This document shows positions 6,411-13,271 of a DNA stretch of 13,271 nt, piece after piece. How positions within the stretch are numbered: the stretch's first letter is position 1; each line of letters starts with the position of its first letter. The notes under the pieces were generated by a model, which worked only from the letters and a program-made list of their open reading frames with translations, searched no databases and was not told where the DNA came from. A program made the position numbers and the translations under genes. The DNA is from Candidatus Heimdallarchaeota archaeon (lineage in GTDB: Archaea; Asgardarchaeota; Heimdallarchaeia; Heimdallarchaeales; Heimdallarchaeaceae): positions 1-13,271 of the forward strand of contig DAOVET010000073.1 in the NCBI GenBank assembly GCA_030668825.1. The letters are read 5' to 3'.

Positions 6411-6703
6411 AATGAAATATTGTTCAAAGTTGGATAAAAACCCATTGTCAAGAAAGTTTCTAATGATTGACAAAGCTTATCATAGTTTCTATTAGCATAC
6501 TTTTATCCTGAAGTTTTGAATATCCATTAGGAATGGTGGAAAATTCAATGATATTGATGAAGTAATAGAAAAACATTGTTTTTTGAAGTAAATTTTGGTT
6601 GGCAATTAAATAACAGCTAAATTAATCTGAGTTTTTATTATTTTTCAGTTTCAACTAAGTCCCCAAAGTGTTTTTTAAGCAGTTAATATTTCATTGATTT
6701 AGA

Positions 6704-7510
6704 ATGACAAAATCATTAGATGAAATTCTCGAATCAGTAGCCAATATCTGTGATAGGGAAACAAAACATTCAAAAGACTTTGGTATTGAATTTGGTACTT
6801 TTTCCCCACATAAATTAAAAGCTACTAATGTGAAATGCATCGCTGTTTCACCTTTGATGAATCTGAAGCTCGTACATTTTATGAATGATAACAAAGCAAA
6901 TGTTGCTGTAACTTTATTGCCTCTATCCATCATAGAGAATAAATTTCCTCTTTCAGAAATAGACTTTGAATTATTAAGATCTTTAATTACAAATAACATC
7001 AAAACAATTAGATTACCCCACAAATGGCTTCATTCAATAAAAGGGAGCTTTCCCTACTTCCTTCAAACTCTAGGATTAAGTAAAATGGAGGATTCAAGCC
7101 TTGTTACAGAAACTGACAAGAAATTAATATTGTGGAATTTACCTGAAATGAGTTTTCAAGATTTTCTTGCATCTTTGAGTCATTTAAACAAAAAATGGAT
7201 TGCTCATACATTCGGAAGACCAGAGGATAAATTATCATTTGTATTAGAAAATGAAAAATTCTCAAGTTCAGATTTTCAAGATTTGAAAGATGCAGGAATT
7301 AATACTATTATAAGTTTCAATTTGGATTCAAGTTCCATTCCAATATATCAAAAGAACAGAATGAACTTTCTGTTTATTCCGTTTATTGATTATTCTAATA
7401 TAGCTTTACGTAAGTTTGCTCAAGTACTCCAACTTGAAACAAATGAAAAAGTTCTTTTCCATCCTTTTACAGCAAAAGAGTGGATAGGATATCAAGATTT
7501 GCAAAAATGA
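6704..7510 (+). CDS. Degenerate NIF3 (DUF34)-like protein
   Basis: GIEFG..VKCIAVS..KANVAVTLLPL and LITNNIK follow the NIF3 layout and length, but the metal-ligand residues are replaced. Confidence 0.55.
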   Translation: MTKSLDEILESVANICDRETKHSKDFGIEFGTFSPHKLKATNVKCIAVSPLMNLKLVHFMNDNKANVAVTLLPLSIIENKFPLSEIDFELLRSLITNNIKTIRLPHKWLHSIKGSFPYFLQTLGLSKMEDSSLVTETDKKLILWNLPEMSFQDFLASLSHLNKKWIAHTFGRPEDKLSFVLENEKFSSSDFQDLKDAGINTIISFNLDSSSIPIYQKNRMNFLFIPFIDYSNIALRKFAQVLQLETNEKVLFHPFTAKEWIGYQDLQK

Positions 7511-7559
7511 TGATAAACTTAAGTAGTATAAGAAACCATCATAAAATTAGGGGGAGAAC

Positions 7560-8885
7560 ATGGATACATTAATTCCGTTAATTCTAACTTCACTTGAGCA
7601 AGTAGATGAAGGTCGTTCAATAAGAACTATTCTCAGATATCACATTCAAGATAATGATTTAACAAGTTATGATGAATCCGTGATATATTATCATGTTTTT
7701 GAAATATATAGAAAGCTAAATCTGATTGATTTGTATATCAAAACAAGCTCCTCCTACTTCTCTTTGAGAAAAATTAGTTTCAGAATGAGAGCTCTCCTCA
7801 GATTGGCTACTCAACTTCTCAAAGTAGAAAAAGAACCTATAAATCATGTAATTGATTTACTCAAATCCCATTATAAGAAGATTAACGATTTAGAACTAGA
7901 GGATATTCTTCATTCTATAAACAATTTGCAAGAGAAGGCTCTTTATGAAAATAGGCATGATTTTGCATCCAAAGCAGCTCTGAGATATTTTACTCCCACA
8001 TGGATAATAAGGAAGTTTATCAGACAATGGGGAGAGGATTTTGCAGAAAAAATCCTTTCAACTTTTCTGACAACTATTCCTATGTACGTTCGGGTTAATG
8101 ATTTAAAATCAAACATGGAGGAAATAACTCTTGGATTTGAAGAACAAGAAATTGCTTTTACAAGAGATAATGAAATTCCAAATCTGCTAAGAATTGAAAA
8201 AACCCCCATTCCAATCCCTCGCACAGGAGAGTTTCAAAATGGTAAGGTTGTGATTCAACAAAAAGCTTCAGCTTTGGTTTCACTTGTTCTGAATCCTAAA
8301 TCAAATGAACTCATTCTTGATATGTGTGCCTCTCCAGGAAGTAAAACTTCGCACATTGCAGCTTTGTTAGATAATAAATCAAGGATTACTGCCGTAGATA
8401 TAAATGATGAGCGCATCAAAATTTTGAGAAACAGAATGAAGATGCTTGGTGTTCAACCAATAGAAATTATTCAAGGTGATGCTAAGCAATTCAGTAAAAT
8501 AACTACTGATACTTTTGATAAAATATTACTTGATCCCCCATGTTCTAGTTCAGGGACATATTCCTCACGACCAGAAAACAAATGGAAAATGAAGCAAAGA
8601 GACTTACGTTGGTATGTTGACTTGCAAACTGATTTGCTAAAAGAAGCCGCACACTTAGTTAAACCTGATGGTGCAATAGTATATTCCACTTGTTCATTGT
8701 TTCATGATGAGAATCACACCATAATTTCCTCCTTTCTACAGGAAAATGAAGATTTTTATTTAGAAACACCTCTACCTATCATTGGAACTTTAAGAACTAC
8801 ACCATATGGAGAAGTACAAGAACTATATCCCCATTTGCATGAAACTGAAGGCTTCTTTATTGCGAAAATTAGAAAAAGGAAGTAA
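7560..8885 (+). CDS. rsmB: RsmB/NOP2/Sun family RNA m5C methyltransferase with helical N-terminal domain
   Basis: YVRVN, LDMCASPGSKT, LLDPPCSSSG, VYSTCS and EGFFIAK motifs; GGGGAG ribosome-binding site. Confidence 0.92.
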   Translation: MDTLIPLILTSLEQVDEGRSIRTILRYHIQDNDLTSYDESVIYYHVFEIYRKLNLIDLYIKTSSSYFSLRKISFRMRALLRLATQLLKVEKEPINHVIDLLKSHYKKINDLELEDILHSINNLQEKALYENRHDFASKAALRYFTPTWIIRKFIRQWGEDFAEKILSTFLTTIPMYVRVNDLKSNMEEITLGFEEQEIAFTRDNEIPNLLRIEKTPIPIPRTGEFQNGKVVIQQKASALVSLVLNPKSNELILDMCASPGSKTSHIAALLDNKSRITAVDINDERIKILRNRMKMLGVQPIEIIQGDAKQFSKITTDTFDKILLDPPCSSSGTYSSRPENKWKMKQRDLRWYVDLQTDLLKEAAHLVKPDGAIVYSTCSLFHDENHTIISSFLQENEDFYLETPLPIIGTLRTTPYGEVQELYPHLHETEGFFIAKIRKRK

Positions 8886-8905
8886 TTTAAAGAGATTTCA
8901 GATTT

Positions 8906-9532
8906 CTAGTACATCTTATCTAATAAACCATCGATTTTTTTAATTAATTCTTTTCTAAGCTTATTTCGTGGTGGTTTTTCAACTTTTTTCATGTGTTCGA
9001 TATTTGAATCAAACAGAATTTTGGATGCTAGGGTTTTAGCTACTTCCTCAAAGTCATATGTTTCTGAACCTCGCATCATTTGATTAGATTCTTGTTTTGG
9101 TTTTGTTTCTGGTAATCCCTTTTCATACTTGATTTCACTCGTTGTTTTGCTAATGGTTTGAGTAGCTGGAACTATTTTTTCACCATAAACATAAGCACTT
9201 CCTCCTAAATCTGTCTTTGTGGTTGTAAAGGGTTCTGAATAAGCAGCTTCTTCTAGTTTTTCTATCAATTCAGGTAATATTCTATCTCTTTCTTCTTGTT
9301 CTATGTTGATGACTTTGTATTTTGATCCTTTTCTTGTATTAAGATTCGTTGCCGCTCTTCCTGCCCAATAAGCTAACGAGGAAGGAATCCCATCTTTTCT
9401 ATAAACATAGATTCTTCTTTCTACTCTGTCTATAATCAAATATGCTCCATTATCTTCAAAAAAACTCTCTTTTCTTGCAGGTACTTCACTATAGCTACCA
9501 TCTCTTTTAACTGAAAAAACCCGAAGGCCCAT
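8906..9532 (-). CDS. Single gelsolin-like domain protein with linker and C-terminal helical extension
   Basis: SEVP..ESF..GAYLIID..RIYVY..AGRAATNL..KVINIEQ follows the gelsolin repeat pattern; GGGGTG ribosome-binding site. Confidence 0.65.
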   Translation of the reverse strand: MGLRVFSVKRDGSYSEVPARKESFFEDNGAYLIIDRVERRIYVYRKDGIPSSLAYWAGRAATNLNTRKGSKYKVINIEQEERDRILPELIEKLEEAAYSEPFTTTKTDLGGSAYVYGEKIVPATQTISKTTSEIKYEKGLPETKPKQESNQMMRGSETYDFEEVAKTLASKILFDSNIEHMKKVEKPPRNKLRKELIKKIDGLLDKMY

Positions 9533-9590
9533 GATAACACCCCAGTGTCAACACTAAGTATGTTCACACATAAAAACATTTTTTCCAAAG

Positions 9591-10307
9591 TTATTTGTAT
9601 ACTGTTGGATCATCAATACCTGCTTGATGAAAAGCTCTTTTTCTTCTTTGGCATGATTCACAGGTGCCACAATGTACTGGTTTCTCTTCATTTGTCCATT
9701 CCTCTATTTGGTAGCAAGATGATGAAAAAGCTATTTTGGCTTTGTTTTCAGTAAGAAATACAACTATATCCTTCTTATCTGAATCATGAAATGGAGCTTG
9801 AATTGTAACTTGATTTAAACACCCTAATTCAATTGATTTATTCATCCTATCAACAAAATCCAAGGTATTATCTGGAAATGTGGTTCCTTCTTCCTTATTA
9901 GCTCCAAAGATTATATCTGTTGGTATTTTTGAACTATCAGCTAAAGAAGCTGCTATTGAAAGAAAGAGAATGTTTCTACCTGGGATCCAAACTTCTTTAG
10001 CAGTCTGTAAGGCTAAATCTTCCCTATCTAATTGTTCAAAGGAGCTAATTTCTGGAGGTTTCTTTTCAGATTTTGTAAGACTAGAACCAGCTTCTTGCGA
10101 AAATTCTTCTAGAAAAGGCAAATTGATAATCTTAGTTTCAACAGAAAGCAAGGAGGAAAACTTTTTGTTGGCCTTGATAATAGATTGATCTTCTTTACTA
10201 CCATAAAGAAAACTTAGCAGAGTTATTTCATCATATTTCTGCATTGTCCAATATAAACATGCGGTGGAATCCATTCCCCCTGAAAACAAAACAATCGCTT
10301 TTCGCAT
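9591..10307 (-). CDS. queC: 7-cyano-7-deazaguanine synthase QueC
   Basis: FSGGMDS PP-loop, IPGRN, FPDN and SCY..HCGTCESC. AGGTGA precedes ATG 10307. Confidence 0.95.
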   Translation of the reverse strand: MRKAIVLFSGGMDSTACLYWTMQKYDEITLLSFLYGSKEDQSIIKANKKFSSLLSVETKIINLPFLEEFSQEAGSSLTKSEKKPPEISSFEQLDREDLALQTAKEVWIPGRNILFLSIAASLADSSKIPTDIIFGANKEEGTTFPDNTLDFVDRMNKSIELGCLNQVTIQAPFHDSDKKDIVVFLTENKAKIAFSSSCYQIEEWTNEEKPVHCGTCESCQRRKRAFHQAGIDDPTVYK

Positions 10308-10371
10308 ATTTTTCACCTGTTATCTACTGATATTTTCGTATTATTCACGTATTATTTTCTCTTTAAACATC

Positions 10372-10824
10372 TCATTCTGTATATGTCACAACACTTGTAG
10401 GTGTCTCTGCCATTGTAATAGTTATTTTGAATTGAGGATATTGTTTTTTTATTAGGCTGTGAAAATATTTAGCCAATAGCTCTACAGTGGTTGCTTCTAA
10501 AGGGAGCAAAATTACATCCTCTCTTGGGAAGCGATAATATCTTCCTTCACATGTGTCAACTGTGACTTGTTTGTCTGTGGTTGTTATGTTTAGGTCCTCG
10601 TTTAAATTGGGAATAAGAATTCTGTGATCAAATTTTTTTACTATCTTTCCAACAGCTGTTTTGAAGATCCCAAAATCAATTAACATATTATTTTCATCTA
10701 TTTTTCCTTCAACTTCAACTTCAATATCATAATTATGACCATGGAGGCGCGCACATTTATCATGTCTTGTTAACATATGTGCTGAAGCGAAAGTTAATTT
10801 GTCACCAGAGATTTTTAATTTCAA
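10372..10824 (-). CDS. queD: 6-carboxytetrahydropterin synthase QueD
   Basis: FASAH, CARLHGHNY, IDFG, DH, TVELLA and ETP motifs; AGGTGA before a TTG start. Confidence 0.93.
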   Translation of the reverse strand: MKLKISGDKLTFASAHMLTRHDKCARLHGHNYDIEVEVEGKIDENNMLIDFGIFKTAVGKIVKKFDHRILIPNLNEDLNITTTDKQVTVDTCEGRYYRFPREDVILLPLEATTVELLAKYFHSLIKKQYPQFKITITMAETPTSVVTYTE

Positions 10825-10832
10825 TTTATCAC

Positions 10833-11465
10833 CTATATTGTTCTAGTTTTTGCAATATCCTCTTTAATTCTGGATATTTCACTTACATATTTCTCAGCTA
10901 TTTGAATTGCCAAGCTTTGTATTTCTTCTGTTTTTACTCCGAGGTCTGCTAAACCAATAGCTTGAACATGTTCTGGAACTCCTGTGCTAAGGATATTTAT
11001 TCCAAAGTGGATTTTACTACTTGAAATTCCTACTGTAGCGATTCCCACGTTTAGTTTTTTTCCATCAACGAAAATATCTGTTCCTTTTCTTTCAATTTCT
11101 ATATTTTTTCCCTTCAAAATATCGATGACTGTTTGAGCTAATATTCGGAGTCTGTAATATTCTAGTTCCATATTTGGTGGTTGTATGTCAAATTCCTCAA
11201 TTATGAAATGCAGGGAATCTTCAGAGCTAATTAAAATATTACTCAAGTGCGATTCTCTGAGAATATCTTTAATATCAACCATTTCCTTTGGAGAAAGCTT
11301 CATTCCCCCTCTGAAAACAAGAATACTATCACCTATTATACCATATTTTTCAGCAGTGAAATGACTTGAAAGTTGAGATCCATCGTAAATAATTTGATTA
11401 GCGAAATCTTCTACAATGATATGATATGGCGGTTTATTGATTGTTTTCATTTCTTTCCAATCCAT
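10833..11465 (-). CDS. DUF366 family protein (biotin/lipoate-ligase-like fold)
   Basis: YDGSQL, GDSILVFRG, MVDIKD, LHFIIE, RKGTDIFVDGKKLNVGIAT and KIHFGINI. An alternative start is ATG 11450. Confidence 0.85.
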   Translation of the reverse strand: MDWKEMKTINKPPYHIIVEDFANQIIYDGSQLSSHFTAEKYGIIGDSILVFRGGMKLSPKEMVDIKDILRESHLSNILISSEDSLHFIIEEFDIQPPNMELEYYRLRILAQTVIDILKGKNIEIERKGTDIFVDGKKLNVGIATVGISSSKIHFGINILSTGVPEHVQAIGLADLGVKTEEIQSLAIQIAEKYVSEISRIKEDIAKTRTI

Positions 11466-12405
11466 TAAGTTGTTCCATCAATTTCTTTAGAGATATTTTA
11501 ACTTCTGCAACTGCATTGTGTTGATGAATGCTTTCATAGTTAATTTGTTTGACACAAATTATTGTTTCTGGGGGCTGATTAAAGTATTTTTTGGAAACTT
11601 TCTGTAAAATCGATCTTACAACATCCTCTACAAAGGCTGGATGTTGATGTGCATAGAGAACAACAGCTTGTTCATCTTTTCGTTTTAGCACTTCATGAGT
11701 AGGAGAGCTCATCGATGTTTCAAGTATCCCAATTATATCTTCAAGTTCTATTCTTTCTGCATCTCTTGGTTGCTCAAGTACTAAAATTGATTTTGATCTT
11801 TGATTATGCGAAGCTAAAGGAATAGTTTCAAGTACGTAATCTACTTGTTCCTCTGTGAACCCCTTCTCTATGAGTTTTTCCTTTGTAAAATCCTTGGATA
11901 GTTCTTGAGAACAGGGGCAGACTGTTGTCCCTTCAACCTCTGCACCAATTATTTTAGTAATCGTAATATTTTCTCCATTTTTATGCGCAATAGCTCCAGC
12001 TCTTAATTTGTGAACACTGGATTTCTTCCTTCCGATGGCTTCTGAATAAGTTTCCATTTCATAATTTGCAATTAATATTACTTCGGCATTAGTTGCTCCT
12101 GGTTGAATAGAAAGAACTTTTTCTGCAATCTGAGCACATAATTCTTCACAATCAGAAATAACTTCTCCCGTAAGTGTAGATATAACTTCATTAATTGCTT
12201 CTAGATTTCGGGACATGTGAATTCCTCTTTTTGAAGGTAATAAATCGACATAAACATCTATTTTTGCTGATAATTCATTATATTCACCAAAACGTTTCCT
12301 ACGAATAATTTTTGGAATATCACTTACACCTACTCTCCTAATACCTATCTGAATCTTTGATTCATCCGCTTGAACATCTGATAGTTTTTTGCTATTTAGT
12401 TTCAT
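11434..12405 (-). CDS. mptA: GTP cyclohydrolase MptA / FolE2 family
   Basis: DVQ, RVGV, RGIHMSR, TVCPCS, SHNQRS, LKRKDE, FVEDVVR and ESIHQHNA motifs. Confidence 0.93.
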   Translation of the reverse strand: MKLNSKKLSDVQADESKIQIGIRRVGVSDIPKIIRRKRFGEYNELSAKIDVYVDLLPSKRGIHMSRNLEAINEVISTLTGEVISDCEELCAQIAEKVLSIQPGATNAEVILIANYEMETYSEAIGRKKSSVHKLRAGAIAHKNGENITITKIIGAEVEGTTVCPCSQELSKDFTKEKLIEKGFTEEQVDYVLETIPLASHNQRSKSILVLEQPRDAERIELEDIIGILETSMSSPTHEVLKRKDEQAVVLYAHQHPAFVEDVVRSILQKVSKKYFNQPPETIICVKQINYESIHQHNAVAEVKISLKKLMEQLNGLERNENNQ

Positions 12406-12414
12406 CTTTATACC

Positions 12415-13224
12415 CTACAAGATTTCTATGGCTTTGTGCATTTGTATTGATATGCCAATTTTATCTGGTGATAGATATTTTCCAGCAATTTGAGAAAAAT
12501 TATCTACTTGGTCCCATGTTGGTTGCTCAATCTTCGAGTTTGATGTTGGCGTAACAAATTGGATAACAATGGGAAGTTCTATTAAACCACACTTTTTTGC
12601 TATAAAATCAAAATCTTCTTTTTTAGAGGTTTTGGTTATTACAGTTTTTGCAAACACTTTAGATCCAGCTTTTTTCAAAATTCTGCTCATTTCTACTTCC
12701 CTATCTACAAGTTTTTTCCATTCCAAAGCAGCATTTGCTGTTCTATCCTTTATATCTACGCACGCATAGTCGATTTTTTCTGCAATATTCTCTAGAAAAG
12801 AAAGGTTATCAGTGTAAGCTGTTTCAAGATATGTATTAAATCCTGTATCTTTAAGAGAAGTAATTATGTCTTTTACAAACATTTCTTGATACAAAGGCTC
12901 TCCTCCAGTCAAGCTTACTGAATGTAGATCTTTAGTTGAAAGTTCCTTCACAATATTCAATACATCTTCTGATGTCAAAGGATTAGTAGTTTCTGTAAAA
13001 GATTGAGTGCCTGCTTTAGTCTCAATGAAGCATTTTGCTGGGGTTGTACTCCATGATTTAGGAGAATCACACCAAATACAACCTTTTGTTCCATGAGCTC
13101 CTAATGCAAGAGGACAACCTGAAAATCTAATGAAAATCTGCCTTAATCCATAGCAACTTCCCTCAACTGCTGCTCCTTCGCCTTGGAAACTTGAGAAAAT
13201 TTCTTGTATGTAACCTTGTGACAT
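12415..13224 (-). CDS. queE: 7-carboxy-7-deazaguanine synthase QueE (radical SAM)
   Basis: EIFSSFQGEG, FIRFSGC..CIWCDS, SLTGGEPL, YLET, VDIK and QMHK motifs. Confidence 0.95.
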   Translation of the reverse strand: MSQGYIQEIFSSFQGEGAAVEGSCYGLRQIFIRFSGCPLALGAHGTKGCIWCDSPKSWSTTPAKCFIETKAGTQSFTETTNPLTSEDVLNIVKELSTKDLHSVSLTGGEPLYQEMFVKDIITSLKDTGFNTYLETAYTDNLSFLENIAEKIDYACVDIKDRTANAALEWKKLVDREVEMSRILKKAGSKVFAKTVITKTSKKEDFDFIAKKCGLIELPIVIQFVTPTSNSKIEQPTWDQVDNFSQIAGKYLSPDKIGISIQMHKAIEIL

Positions 13225-13271
13225 CGAAATGTAATTTTCTTAACTCTAAATAAAAATTCCTTATGTTAATA

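Noticed and set aside
5857-12769. Remaining short ORFs of 61-110 aa overlapping the DegV, NIF3-like, rsmB and que genes
   Set aside because: All are antisense shadows without recognisable motifs.
9591-13224. que cluster as a dpd DNA-modification island
   Set aside because: No DpdA/TGT-like gene is in the window; tRNA archaeosine supply is the simpler explanation.

Overview
Low-GC archaeal DNA, most likely Asgard (AGGTGA/GGGGTG ribosome-binding sites, archaeal-type uS11, MptA, DUF366, single-domain gelsolin). It runs: the 3' end of a PEVK-repeat/HhH protein (possibly extended uS4); rps11; an accessory island; then housekeeping genes (DegV, degenerate NIF3, RsmB, gelsolin-like protein, and a queE-mptA-DUF366-queD-queC operon on the minus strand). 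The main signal is at rps11. Its 3' half switches codon usage abruptly, and its last six codons plus terminator recur twice downstream (about 4154 and 4717), delimiting cargo blocks. The first downstream gene is an 8-finger eukaryote-style C2H2 array, in frame through a single TGA with a PD-(D/E)xK nuclease-like domain. I infer a natural zinc-finger-nuclease homing element that targets rps11 and replaces its 3' end. All family calls come from motif recognition by eye; no searches were run.
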